Counted from the first letter of the whole stretch, positions 33,543 through 44,453 are shown. The stretch is DNA of 63,939 bases, filler included, from 8 parts of 8 records of this genome joined end to end with filler, not necessarily neighbours in it, one strand, 5' to 3'. Notes: generated by a model not told the origin, from the letters alone. Translations and numbers: made by a program.

Positions 33543-34538
33543 ATGAAACTTCGAATCATCATATTGGTTCTTGCCCTGCTTGCCGTTTTGTCCGCATTAT
33601 CCGGTGGATTTCTTTATTATTATTCCCTGCGACATGCCGTGTTGAGGCAGGCTGAAAACAATTCTAAAAATCGTCTGGAACTTCTGAGTCGCCAGATAGA
33701 CGTCTATTTGTCGGAACACGTAAAACCGGTTAAAGCGTTGTCCGGATTGGAAGCGTTGGCACATCTTTTTGCACTGGATAACGCTTCAATCGCTCAGGGT
33801 AGCCCACTGGTTATGGAAAAGAGCAACCATATACTGGATAACTTTGCCCACTCTTTGGACCTTGATGTTTGCTATTTGATTGATAGCCGGGGCACCACCA
33901 TTGCGTCAAGTAACCGTGATGCCCATGACTCCTTTGTGGGACGAAATTTTTCCTTTCGACCATATTTTTCGGACGCGATTTCAGGGCAGCCCGGACGCTA
34001 TCTTGCTTTAGGTACCACGTCCAAAAAACGGGGGGTGTATTACAGTCATCCTGTGTTTGATGAGCGTGGGATGGAAGTGGTAGGGGTTGCCGTGGTAAAA
34101 GCGTCGGTGGAACGAATTGAATCTCGATTGTTTGTCGGATCGGAGGGGCTATTGATGGTGATTGATCCCAATGGGGTGATTTTCATCTCCAACCGTCGAG
34201 AGATGCGTTTCATGCTACTGTGGAAGCTTGATCGTGATCATATCGAGGCCATCAATGAGACTCGGCAATTTGGCAGCGGTCCATGGCTATGGACCGGATT
34301 TTTCCGTTCTTCCGACGGTAGGGTGACGGATAGAAATGAAAACAGCTATCTCTATTTTGATAAACCTTTGGATCGCTATCCGGGATGGCGAATTGTTCAC
34401 CTTCGAAATATTGATGAAATCAGTCGCCGGCTTTCAGATCCGTTTATGAGGATCATCGGGCCGGTAATCCTGAGTGTCGCATGCCTCATCGGGATTTCGG
34501 TATTGATTCTCTATCGAAAAGCGCTCCAGGAAATTTTT
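33543..34538 (+). CDS. dCache-domain (DctB-like) membrane sensor protein, 3'-partial
   Basis: TM - YLID..G.TIASSN...SFVG.NFSFRPYF..A..G...Y.ALG.TS..RG.YYS.PV - TM; the output domain lies beyond the contig end. Confidence 0.85.
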
Positions 34539-34638
34539 NNNNNNNNNNNNNNNNNNNNNNNNNNNNNNNNNNNNNNNNNNNNTTAATTAATTAANNNNNN
34601 NNNNNNNNNNNNNNNNNNNNNNNNNNNNNNNNNNNNNN
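34539..34638. other. Artificial contig linker
   Basis: N44-TTAATTAATTAA-N44. Confidence 0.99.
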
Positions 34639-35847
34639 GTAAATTCTCCAGCACGTTCATTTCGATCTGTTGGTGGAAATCCACTTTTTATAAAAAAAGC
34701 CAAAGGCTCAAAGATTTACGATGAGGAAGGCAATGAATTTATTGATTATGTTGGCTCCTGGGGGCCAATGATTTTCGGTCATGCTGATGATGTTGTTGTA
34801 CGAGCTATTCAGAAACAGGCTGAGAACTCATCGTCTTTTGGTGCTCCCACAGAGCTTGAATTGGAAATGTCTAAAAAAGTTTGTGAATTAACCGGAGTTG
34901 ATAAAGTACGGTTTGTTAACTCAGGCACAGAAGCAACTATGACTGCTATTCGAATCGCCAGAGCGTATACTGGCCGTGACAAAGTGATTAAGTTCGAAGG
35001 ATGTTATCATGGCCATGCCGATCCTTTTCTTGTGAAAGCCGGTAGTGGAGCCAGTACATTGGGGGCGCCAGATAGTCCGGGGGTAATTCAATCGGTAGCC
35101 AAAGAAACGTTAAATGCAGAATTCAATAATTTAGATAGTGTAAAATCACTTGTTGATTCTTTTAAAAATGAAGTTGCCTGTGTTATTTTAGAACCTGTTG
35201 CCGGTAATATGGGCTGTGTGCCACCTAAAGATGGATTTTTAGAAGGTATTCGCAAACTATGTGATGAGAATAACATCGTCTTAATTCTTGATGAGGTGAT
35301 GACTGGGTTCAGGCTTGCTGCCGGTGGAGCACAAGAACTATATGGCATTAAGGCAGATTTGGCAACATACGGAAAAATTATTGGTGGAGGTTTACCTGTT
35401 GGGGCTGTTGGTGGTAAACATGAATTGATGGATTGCTTGTCTCCGGTTGGCGCTGTTTACCAGGCTGGTACCCTGTCGGGAAATCCATTGGCCATGACAG
35501 CTGGTTTGACTACTTTGAATAAACTCAATAAAAATACTTATACAGAATTAGAGCAAAAATCAGTAATGCTAGAGCGAGGGATTCAAAAAGTTTTAAAAGA
35601 AACAAATATAGACTTCCATCTTAACCGCGTAGGCTCAATGCTTACATTGTTTTTTACTCCAAAGGAAGTCTCAGATTTTAACAGTGCTAAGCTTGGCGAT
35701 AATGAGCAATTCAAGAAATTTTTTCACAATATGCTTGATAATGGAATTTACTTGCCACCATCACCATATGAGTGCTGGTTTATTTCACAGGCACACACAG
35801 AAAAAGATATTGAAAAGACTATAGAAGCTGTTCGTAAGTCTGTTTAA
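34639..35847 (+). CDS. hemL: Glutamate-1-semialdehyde 2,1-aminomutase (5'-partial)
   Basis: VNSPAR, IDYVGSWGP, VNSGTEA, FEGCYHGH, DEVMTGFR, GKIIGGGLP and YQAGTLSGNP. Confidence 0.97.
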   Translation, partial: VNSPARSFRSVGGNPLFIKKAKGSKIYDEEGNEFIDYVGSWGPMIFGHADDVVVRAIQKQAENSSSFGAPTELELEMSKKVCELTGVDKVRFVNSGTEATMTAIRIARAYTGRDKVIKFEGCYHGHADPFLVKAGSGASTLGAPDSPGVIQSVAKETLNAEFNNLDSVKSLVDSFKNEVACVILEPVAGNMGCVPPKDGFLEGIRKLCDENNIVLILDEVMTGFRLAAGGAQELYGIKADLATYGKIIGGGLPVGAVGGKHELMDCLSPVGAVYQAGTLSGNPLAMTAGLTTLNKLNKNTYTELEQKSVMLERGIQKVLKETNIDFHLNRVGSMLTLFFTPKEVSDFNSAKLGDNEQFKKFFHNMLDNGIYLPPSPYECWFISQAHTEKDIEKTIEAVRKSV

Positions 35848-36665
35848 ATCTGAAAATCAATAATGTGAGTAGGATAAGTAACCTGGGCTCTTTTTTCCTT
35901 AATATCATCGGGTAAGTAATCGAGGAATGTATCACCTCTAAGTCCTAATCTAAGTGTTTCCAAAGGAATTACCAAGTTAGGTGCAATATTTCCAAGGTTT
36001 ACATTTGAACCCTGTGTCTTTATGAAGAAGATTTGTTGCTTTCCATCCGGAGCTTCCCAAATTATATCATCCTGGTTAACCTGACTACTGATGAAATTAA
36101 TCAACTGGATATTTGCAGAGCCATCGGCATTATAGATTCCTACGGTGCCGCTTTCCCTTGCTTCTGCAATTACTTTCCATGATCCCGCATTCAGCTCTTC
36201 CTTCATCATCCTAATCCATTGATCCGGAGGTAATACAATTCCTTTTTGTTTCGAGCCAATTTCAGAGATTACCGTGAACTGTTTGGCGATTTTTTCTATG
36301 AATCGTAGCTTTTCATCGAATTCCATTAGAATAGAACCATCCGATACTTCTACTAAATCAATTTCGTATTTTTTTAAATACTCAATATATTCATTTAATA
36401 AACCTCTAACAATAAAAGCTTCGAATAAAGTACCACCAAAATAGGGTTTAATGCCAGCCTCTTTATAAAGTTTTATCTTTTCTTCCAGGTTATTGGTTAT
36501 CATGCTTGTACCAAATCCAAACTTTATAAGATCGATAAGCTGGCCACAAGAAGAAATAAGATTTTTTGTTTCATTAACACTAAGCCCTTTGTCCATTACC
36601 ATTGTGAGACCTTTTTCTCTGGGCTTTTCAGGACGTTCGGGAATAAACGGAAGCGAATAATTCAT
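35844..36665 (-). CDS. comA: Phosphosulfolactate synthase (ComA family)
   Basis: KPR..GLT.V.DKGL, K.GFGT, GGTLFE, EVSDG, SEIGSK, VIAEARESG, NVNLGNI and LETLRLGLRGDT. Confidence 0.92.
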   Translation of the reverse strand: MNYSLPFIPERPEKPREKGLTMVMDKGLSVNETKNLISSCGQLIDLIKFGFGTSMITNNLEEKIKLYKEAGIKPYFGGTLFEAFIVRGLLNEYIEYLKKYEIDLVEVSDGSILMEFDEKLRFIEKIAKQFTVISEIGSKQKGIVLPPDQWIRMMKEELNAGSWKVIAEARESGTVGIYNADGSANIQLINFISSQVNQDDIIWEAPDGKQQIFFIKTQGSNVNLGNIAPNLVIPLETLRLGLRGDTFLDYLPDDIKEKRAQVTYPTHIIDFQI

Positions 36666-36668
36666 GAG

Positions 36669-38072
36669 TTATTTATACTTTTTAAGAAGTCTTTTAATAT
36701 GCCTGTTGGTTACTTTTGTTGGGAAAAAGTCAAAGAAAAATTTGTGGGCATCGTAATTTATCTGAAGCCCTTTTTCAAACATATTAATAAAATTTTGTTT
36801 TTTATTTAAAACATAAAAGTATACAGCCGATCTGTAATACAATTTAAAGTTGTTTTTATTCTTGTCAATAGCTTTAATTATGATTTCTGCTGCTTCTTCA
36901 ACTTTTTCTTCTTCATAAAAAATTTCAGAGTAAAGAATCCAGGCATCATCATCATTGGCATCAACTTTAACAAGTTTGTGCAATGATTCTTTAGCCTCAT
37001 CATAATTTTTAATGTTCTTATTTAGTTCTGCATAATTGTATAGAAAATCAGTATTTGTATTTTCTAATTGAATGCATACTTTGTAATACTCAATTGCTTT
37101 TACAATATCTTCTTTGTCTCGATAAAGATTTGCGCAGGAAAACCACGCATCACTGAAATTAGGCTCAATTTCAATTGCTTTTAAGTAATGTGTTAGTGCA
37201 TTGTCGGGTTCTTCAATATACTCGTAACATTCACCCAAATAGTAATGAGAGAAAGAGTTATTGTTTTCAAGATTGTTAAACTCTTTATATTGCTCAATTG
37301 CTTTTCTGTATTTATTCTGATTTGAATAAATATTCGCAAGATTAAAATGAGCCGTCGCATACTTTTCATTAATTGCAATCGCAAACTCGAAACATTCACT
37401 GGCATTTTCCAGCTTTTCAAGTTTAGCATAAACCATACCCAGGTTATGCCATACGTGCTCTGAAAATGGATCGTGATCCAAGTATCTTTCGTAAATTTTT
37501 ATACATGAATCGTAGTCCTCCATCTGCTCGTAGCAATATGCTAAATCGTAGATGTATGTAGTATTTTCTGGTTCAAATTCTAATGCTCTGTTCAAGTAAA
37601 TAATAGCATGCTCAAAGTGGCATAAATGAACAAGAGAAACAGAAATATTATACATGGTTTCAGGAATATCATCAATTGTTAATGATACAGCCTTGTCGTA
37701 ATATACCAGTGCCATTGAAAGATCGCCTTCAATGGCAAATGCATTACCTTTTAAAATGTATAATTCATTATTAAACTGCTCTATATCCTCAATTTCTTCG
37801 ATAAGTTCAATCCCTCTGTCTGTTTGGCCTTTATCAATAAGGATTTGGGCTTTCTTAAATTTTATAGCCGTAGAAGATGGGTGTTGTTGAGAAGCGTAGT
37901 CTATGATCTCATGTGCCTTGTTGAAATTAAAATCACTGGCATAGAAGTCAATCATATTCTCAAATTCATGAACATCAAAATAGTACTTGGTGCGCTTTTT
38001 AAGCATATCGTTGTACTTGTTGATTGTTGCCCTGATATCCGGGTTGTTGAATATGTCTTCTCTTTCGTTCAA
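36669..38072 (-). CDS. Tetratricopeptide repeat protein
   Basis: About a dozen TPR-like repeats; lies 3 bp upstream of comA, so probably co-transcribed. Confidence 0.9.
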   Translation of the reverse strand: MNEREDIFNNPDIRATINKYNDMLKKRTKYYFDVHEFENMIDFYASDFNFNKAHEIIDYASQQHPSSTAIKFKKAQILIDKGQTDRGIELIEEIEDIEQFNNELYILKGNAFAIEGDLSMALVYYDKAVSLTIDDIPETMYNISVSLVHLCHFEHAIIYLNRALEFEPENTTYIYDLAYCYEQMEDYDSCIKIYERYLDHDPFSEHVWHNLGMVYAKLEKLENASECFEFAIAINEKYATAHFNLANIYSNQNKYRKAIEQYKEFNNLENNNSFSHYYLGECYEYIEEPDNALTHYLKAIEIEPNFSDAWFSCANLYRDKEDIVKAIEYYKVCIQLENTNTDFLYNYAELNKNIKNYDEAKESLHKLVKVDANDDDAWILYSEIFYEEEKVEEAAEIIIKAIDKNKNNFKLYYRSAVYFYVLNKKQNFINMFEKGLQINYDAHKFFFDFFPTKVTNRHIKRLLKKYK

Positions 38073-38155
38073 GATTAGATATTTTTAATCTTCTAAGATA
38101 GAAATTTAATATAAGCTTACAAATATTGTTTTTTAACAATAAAGATGTTAATAAC

Positions 38156-40324
38156 TCAATGTTTACTAGATACAGCGCTAATACTCTCGTTAATTATTGT
38201 ATCTATTTTTTTATCCTCAAACCTGTAATTTCCTACAAGTTCGTAAAAGTCATCAGAATTTATTTTGTCGAAATTTTCTCCTTTATTGTAATTCTGCCAC
38301 TGAAGAAGCTTTAATTTATCAGACAATGATATTAGTTTGAATAAATCTCCTTCGTACATAAGATTTTTCAGTAATGTTTTATATAATATTATGTCCAAAT
38401 CAAAATTGTTTGTGTTCCAAGCATAGCAAGACATCAATATAAGCTTCAATTTATTTATAGAATTTATTGTATCTAGCTCAAAATTTATATGATGTATTTT
38501 TTCAAATATTGTACCGGAAATTTTAAAGTATGGCATGGAAAGTATATTGTTGCTATTTACTGGTAGCTCATATGGTGTATTTACAACAGATAATGATAAT
38601 GCAATTGAAGAATCTGAAAAATTGCTAAATCGATAATAGTCAAGGTTGTCGATATGCGGAGAATACGTTGATGTGCCTTTCCAGATGATTCCTTTTATGC
38701 TGTTTGTTTCTTCTAAATTAATTATGTGTTGAGCTGGATTATCTGTTTGATTTAGAATTTCCAGTTGAGAGATTTCAGAATAATACCAAACATTATTTGA
38801 TTTTGATACACTTGTTTCTTCAATAATAGGATTAGTTGTTTTTAATAGTACAGGTCTTTCAGTAGAAGCTACAATTTTATTATTATCAATAATCACACCT
38901 TGTTGGTGAATAGGTAATTTTTCAATTAGATCCGATTTTGAATAAATGGTATTAAATCGAAGGTTCGAAATTAAGTAATTGTAGTTGTTAATATCTATCG
39001 AATTATTAACAGTGGCACTTCGTAGGTTTAAGTCCGGCCAGTCTGTGATATCAGCATTATAGAATATATTTTTCGTTGTGTCAATTAATTGAGTTAAGGT
39101 ATTAATTCCGTATTTTAATCCTTCAACTGAAATAGACGACACAAAAACAACATTGGGATGGTTGCCGATTGATTTTATTACATAGCCTTGTTTTGTATTT
39201 TTTTCAATGGAGCTAAATATACTATCGTTGAAAGTATTATTAAAAGTAGCGGTATTGCCCAAGCTGAAAATTAAATCGTATTTTCCAACATCATTAATTG
39301 ATAATGAGTTACTTTCTATAAGACTGTATTTCGATATTTTGTTGTGCAGAACGCTAAACTCAACACTTTTAATAATGGCAGAATTTTTTGGGTATAAAAG
39401 AAGTATTTTCTTGTCTTCCGTTGAATCATTATTAAAACTAATTTGATTCTTTTCAGCAAGTATTTTTGGTTTTGGGAGTATTAAGTCATACACACTGAAT
39501 TCGTGCATGAAATATGGTTCCAATCTCTCTTGTAAAGAGAAGTTATCACTAGTGTAATTGTAATTAATATTATCTACCCACATGGTTCCAGAACCTTTTA
39601 GGCCAACAAATATTTTTACGTACCTGGTATCATCTGGAACAAATCCGTCAGGAAAAGGAGGGTAAGCAGATTCACAAAAAACAGTTGTCCAGTCAAGCGA
39701 ATCTATTTTATTGAAATGCGCAAAAGAAAGCCATTTGTTTGAGGTGTTAATATTCGTTTGGTAGTGTTTTGAATATTGATTGGGTGATATCTCAATTTTG
39801 TTTTTATCGTAATAAATTACACGAATATCAATGGCATCATATAACCTTGTACCAAGTCTGGATTTAGACGATTTTATATTTTTAAGTTTTATATCCAGAC
39901 TCAATTCATACCTCCCGGGAATTACTTTAATAAAGTCGCTAAGAACACCTTCACCGGCGTCTTCGGTTTCATCAGATTTTATTCTTTCAATTTTAATTGC
40001 ATGTTCACCAGTCGAAATTTCTGAGGGATTGAATAAACTATCATTTATATCAACCCAATAAACATTGTCGCCAGACCTTCTCCAACCTGGAGCATTAAAA
40101 GCTTCCTGCTCACTCTGGATTCCATATAATTTACCGGATTCAAAAGAATGGTTAGGGATGATATTGCCCTTTTGGAAGTTTTGTTGTCTTATACGATACG
40201 GAATAGTTTCTGGTCTGTAAGAAGACCAGTTTGATGGCAATGCGTTTGTATGTTCTTTTTCACGATTGCAACCAATTGTGGTTAATATACCAACAGATAC
40301 AAATAGGATAAAATACTTTTTCAA
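38156..40324 (-). CDS. Lipoprotein with a carbohydrate-binding-like N-terminal domain and a GH20b (zincin-like) domain; catalytic domain degenerate
   Basis: Lipobox TIGC, N.I.N.SFE and GSGT.W.DN (CBM-like), LPKPK, QGYVI, GLKYGINTL.QL and I.DWPD...R. Confidence 0.65.
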   Translation of the reverse strand: MKKYFILFVSVGILTTIGCNREKEHTNALPSNWSSYRPETIPYRIRQQNFQKGNIIPNHSFESGKLYGIQSEQEAFNAPGWRRSGDNVYWVDINDSLFNPSEISTGEHAIKIERIKSDETEDAGEGVLSDFIKVIPGRYELSLDIKLKNIKSSKSRLGTRLYDAIDIRVIYYDKNKIEISPNQYSKHYQTNINTSNKWLSFAHFNKIDSLDWTTVFCESAYPPFPDGFVPDDTRYVKIFVGLKGSGTMWVDNINYNYTSDNFSLQERLEPYFMHEFSVYDLILPKPKILAEKNQISFNNDSTEDKKILLLYPKNSAIIKSVEFSVLHNKISKYSLIESNSLSINDVGKYDLIFSLGNTATFNNTFNDSIFSSIEKNTKQGYVIKSIGNHPNVVFVSSISVEGLKYGINTLTQLIDTTKNIFYNADITDWPDLNLRSATVNNSIDINNYNYLISNLRFNTIYSKSDLIEKLPIHQQGVIIDNNKIVASTERPVLLKTTNPIIEETSVSKSNNVWYYSEISQLEILNQTDNPAQHIINLEETNSIKGIIWKGTSTYSPHIDNLDYYRFSNFSDSSIALSLSVVNTPYELPVNSNNILSMPYFKISGTIFEKIHHINFELDTINSINKLKLILMSCYAWNTNNFDLDIILYKTLLKNLMYEGDLFKLISLSDKLKLLQWQNYNKGENFDKINSDDFYELVGNYRFEDKKIDTIINESISAVSSKH

Positions 40325-40416
40325 GGTTCAATTGTTATTCTCAGCTTAATATAAAGTTACAATATTAAAATTAAAAGAGTTTTTATTATTAATAAAAAAA
40401 GGTGATAATTTATAAT

Positions 40417-41179
40417 TTATCTAAATATAAAGCCAAAGCGAATTGAAAATCGATTAAGATATTGATCCGTAATAACTTCATATGGATTAGTTTGTTTGTA
40501 ACTTAACAATTGATGGCGGTAGCCCATACCAAATATCAGGGCATTATACGATTGCAAATTAATTAGCATACCGATTTCAGAATTTAAAAGGTAGCCTCCA
40601 CGAATTTTTTGCCTGTAATCCCAATAATAAGAATTGTCACCATCATCTTTGTTATTACCTGTCGGAAATGAATATCCACCCTGTAGAGTTACAAACGGAG
40701 AAATTTTTCTTTGATTAAAATGGTATTTTAAATCAATAAAAACGGGTAGCATTGTTTCATCAAAAAACTCAATCCCAAATCCTGCCCCAACGCTAAATCG
40801 TTGCTTGAACAGGTATCCATTGGTCATCAAGACACTGAAGGGTGCCTGGTTATTGTTGTTGCCGTTTCCGATTAACAATCCTAGTGTGGTATAATTTATA
40901 TAACCATCAACCAGATACGTATTTGATGGAGATACTTCAAATGTACCTTCCTCTCTTTTTATTTCTTTAACATCATCAATATGGAATTCCCAAACATAGT
41001 TGTCGATGGTTTTTATTTTAATCTTTTTTTCTTGATTGTATTCTAAGATTGATCCCTTAATGATGCTTCCATTCTTTAGGTATACAATATCAATTAAATT
41101 TTTTTGAGCATTTACAGAAAAAAGAAAAAAATAAAAATATATAGGTTACAATTAGATTTTTCGTGTGTAATATATACAT
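40417..41179 (-). CDS. Outer-membrane beta-barrel protein, with an apparent frameshift in the signal-peptide T-runs (~41118-41137)
   Basis: The frame of ORF 40417-40878 extends upstream as AQKNLIDIVYLKNGSIIKGSILE. It has alternating beta-strands and ends RFGFIFR. The ATG at 41179 is in a neighbouring frame. Confidence 0.75.
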
Positions 41180-41205
41180 GATAATTAGTTTATATTTTCT
41201 GTATT

Positions 41206-41231
41206 GATGCTGTTTTTGCAAAAAGGGTTGC
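41206..41231 (-). promoter_or_regulatory. ECF-sigma-type promoter for the OMP gene
   Basis: Minus-strand GCAACC-N16-CATC. Confidence 0.6.
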
Positions 41232-41255
41232 GTTAAATAAATTTTTTGACCTGAC

Positions 41256-41281
41256 GCAACCTTTTTTATAAAATGCTCATC
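41256..41281 (+). promoter_or_regulatory. ECF-sigma-type promoter for the LVIVD gene
   Basis: Plus-strand GCAACC-N16-CATC, the mirror image of the minus-strand site. Confidence 0.6.
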
Positions 41282-41314
41282 TTGAAATAGAAACTGAAAA
41301 CTAAATTTTAAATA

Positions 41315-42619
41315 ATGAGGACTCTAGGCAAAACATTATTAATATTTCTTCCACTATTAATTATTATATTACCATATAGTTGCGAAGACAGATATACAGA
41401 GACTTATACTACAAATGTACCTGTTTACATGAGTTATGAAGACATGAGAACTTCGGTTAAAATCAATTCTCAAAGGGAATTAAAAAATCCAGGTAAAATA
41501 TATTTCTACAATAATTTACTATTTATTGTAGAAGATAAAGAAGGGGTACATATTGTTAATAACGAGAATGTTTCAAATCCAACAAACATTGGTTTCATCA
41601 CTATTCCAGGAAATGTTGATATTACGGTTAAAAATAATATGCTATACGCTGATAGCTATGTTGATTTGGTTGTAATTGATATTTCGAATCTTAGTAATCC
41701 ACAGGAAGTTGGAAGAGTTGAGGATGTATTTCCTTATGTTTTGCCTCACTATGATACAGAATATCGCGTTGAACAAATTGATGAAGAGAAAGGTGTTGTT
41801 GTTGATTGGGAAGTAAAAAAAATTACAAAAGATGTAGATAATTATAATCATAATTACCCAATTTATCCTTGGTATACATGGGGTGCTGTTGGATTTGATT
41901 ATGCGGCTTTATCTTCTTCTTCAATGTGGGGACAGTCTGGTGTTTCAAATTCTTTCGGGGTAGGAGGTTCTATGGCCAGATTTACCATTAAAGAAAATTC
42001 TTTATATGCATTAGGCAACAATCAATTACGCATTTTTGATGTGACAGACAGTGATTCACCCTCAGAAAATGGCCAGGTGACTTTTTGGGAGACAGCAGAA
42101 ACCCTGTTTCCATATAACGATTATTTATTTCTTGGAACACAAACTGGAATGATTGTTTACGATATTTCAAGCCCTGAGAACCCAACACGCATGTCAACAT
42201 TTAACCACATTCAAAGTTGCGATCCTGTAGTTGTAGAAGGTAACTTTGCATATGTGACTTTACGTGATGGGAATAATTGTGGAAGAACAGTAAATGAGCT
42301 TGATGTTGTAGATATTTCGAATATTTATAATCCAGAATTGAAGAAAACGTATCCCATGAAAAATCCGCATGGTTTAGGAATTGACAATGGTACACTTTTT
42401 ATATGCGATGGTGATGCAGGTTTAAAAATTTATAATGCAACCAATCCACTATCGATTACAAGTAATAAGTTAGCCGAATTCCCCAATATTAATACCTATG
42501 ATGTTATTCCATATAACGACGTGCTGATGATGATTGGGAAAGATGGTTTTTATCAATATGATTATTCAAACTTAAGTGATATTAAATTACTTAGCACCAT
42601 TGAAGTAGTTGTGGAATAA
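41315..42619 (+). CDS. LVIVD-repeat lipoprotein
   Basis: Lipobox YSC, PGKIY, IPGNVD, YADSYVDLVVIDIS, GVGGSMARF, SCDPVVV, YVTLR.G..C and P.GLGID. Confidence 0.88.
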   Translation: MRTLGKTLLIFLPLLIIILPYSCEDRYTETYTTNVPVYMSYEDMRTSVKINSQRELKNPGKIYFYNNLLFIVEDKEGVHIVNNENVSNPTNIGFITIPGNVDITVKNNMLYADSYVDLVVIDISNLSNPQEVGRVEDVFPYVLPHYDTEYRVEQIDEEKGVVVDWEVKKITKDVDNYNHNYPIYPWYTWGAVGFDYAALSSSSMWGQSGVSNSFGVGGSMARFTIKENSLYALGNNQLRIFDVTDSDSPSENGQVTFWETAETLFPYNDYLFLGTQTGMIVYDISSPENPTRMSTFNHIQSCDPVVVEGNFAYVTLRDGNNCGRTVNELDVVDISNIYNPELKKTYPMKNPHGLGIDNGTLFICDGDAGLKIYNATNPLSITSNKLAEFPNINTYDVIPYNDVLMMIGKDGFYQYDYSNLSDIKLLSTIEVVVE

Positions 42620-42680
42620 GGTTTATCGTGTAATTTTATATTTCATTTATTATTTTTGTTAGAGAATATAAAAATAATAT

Positions 42681-43442
42681 ATGGCTCTTGCACAACCTTC
42701 CATTGAACTTTTTAACATAAGAATTGATGAACCCGTAACCACTTTAACCGATGTAATAGTTTCAGCCGTATGTTTTTACGCATTTTTTACTCTAAGTAAA
42801 ATTCCTGTTAAAAACAAAGTCCATTTATATTTAAAGTATTATTTCCTTTCCATGGGATTTGCCACATTGATAGGTGGGTTAATTGGGCATGGGTTTTTGT
42901 ATTTGTTTAATAGCCAATGGAAATTATCACCTGGATTTATTGAGTTTGTAACAAGAATAGTTGGAGAAAATAAGACCAATGCTGCCGCGAACCCTTGGAA
43001 ACTTCCAGGATGGTTAACAAGTATGTTTTCTGTTGCTTTGGTAGAAAGGGCTTCCATTGAGTTTGCCCGTCCATTGGTTAGTAAAAAAGTTGCTAATTTC
43101 TTTTCAAGGCTTAATGTTATTGAGCTGTTGATTTTTGTAATAATTACCTTTTCAACTTTAAACTTCTTTTTTGTTGAGGTACACACGTTTTACGGGTTTA
43201 TGATTATCGTTTTAAGTTTTAATGGGTACGTATTTTTTAAAACAAAAAATGCAGGTAGTAAAAATTTTCTTCTGGCAGTTGGTTTTGCAGCGGTAGCAGC
43301 TTTGTTTTTTATGAATGAATGGGCCATTAGCAAGTGGTTTAATCACTATGATCTTAGCCATACTTTTATGGCATTTAGTGCCTGGTTTTTTCTTCTTGGG
43401 GCTAAACGAATTATTAATGATCCCAGTTTAAACAAATACTAA
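42681..43442 (+). CDS. Multi-pass membrane protein (DUF6962-like)
   Basis: EP.T..TD, GG..GH and FNH.DL.H conserved His motifs, with ~7 TM helices. Confidence 0.7.
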   Translation: MALAQPSIELFNIRIDEPVTTLTDVIVSAVCFYAFFTLSKIPVKNKVHLYLKYYFLSMGFATLIGGLIGHGFLYLFNSQWKLSPGFIEFVTRIVGENKTNAAANPWKLPGWLTSMFSVALVERASIEFARPLVSKKVANFFSRLNVIELLIFVIITFSTLNFFFVEVHTFYGFMIIVLSFNGYVFFKTKNAGSKNFLLAVGFAAVAALFFMNEWAISKWFNHYDLSHTFMAFSAWFFLLGAKRIINDPSLNKY

Positions 43443-43539
43443 GAGCCATCAACGAATGCAACCGCTAACAATTACCCCCTTTCGTTGTTAGTTATTTCAA
43501 GTTTTATAAATTGCGTGTTTTTTGTTTAAATATAGATAC

Positions 43540-44453
43540 ATGAAGAGTTGGATATTGTTACTGTTACTTAGCGCATCTTTTATTATATCATATGCCCAGA
43601 ATTTAGAATTATATACTCCTTTAGAATTTCAACATGCATATAAAAAAGGAACTCGATCCCTTGATGGTAAGCCCGGGAGAAATTATTGGGTAAATAGATC
43701 GGCGTATAAAATTGAAGCTGAAATAAATCCAAATACCAAAGAGTTAAAGGGGAATGCTAAGATTACATATTTAAATAATAGTCCGGATTCGTTGCGTGGC
43801 GTTGTAATCAGACTCTACCAGGATATGTATAAAAAAGGAAGTATCCGTGATCGTGCTATTCATGAAGACGATGTGACTGATGGAATGGAGATTGATAAAG
43901 TAACGATCAATGGGCAAAAAATTGATGTTGATAACAACATGCAGGCGAATCGCATTGGTACGAATCTGATACTTAGGTTACCCAAAAAACTTGCACCAAA
44001 GTCTGATGTAACTATTAATATTTCCTGGGCATTTAAAATACCAGAAAAAACGTTAATAAGAATGGGTGCCATCGATGAATCTTCTGCATTTATTGGTTAT
44101 TGGTATCCGCAAATATCTGTTTATGACGATATAGAAGGTTGGGATTTATACGACTACTCGAACCGGCAAGAATTTTATACCGAGAATGCGGATTTTGATG
44201 TGAAACTTACTATTCCGGCTAAATATTATGTTTGGGCTACCGGAGAAATACAAAATCCAAACAAAATTTATAGTAAATCTAGTTCAAACAAAATAGAGAA
44301 AGCCAAATCATCCGACGAAACCATCAATATAAGCGATGGCAGTAAAACAGGGTTGCTTTTAACAAAAGGAAGTGCAACCTGGGAATTTAAAGCTGTTAAT
44401 GTCCCAGACTTTGCTTTTGCCTTTAGCGATCATTACTTATGGGATGCGAGCAG
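43540..44453 (+). CDS. M1 family metallopeptidase, N-terminal part (3'-partial)
   Basis: Signal peptide; TRS.DGKPG.NYW.N...Y.I, Y.NNSPDSL, YWYPQ..VYDD..GW, EFY and VPDFAFA.S. Confidence 0.85.
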
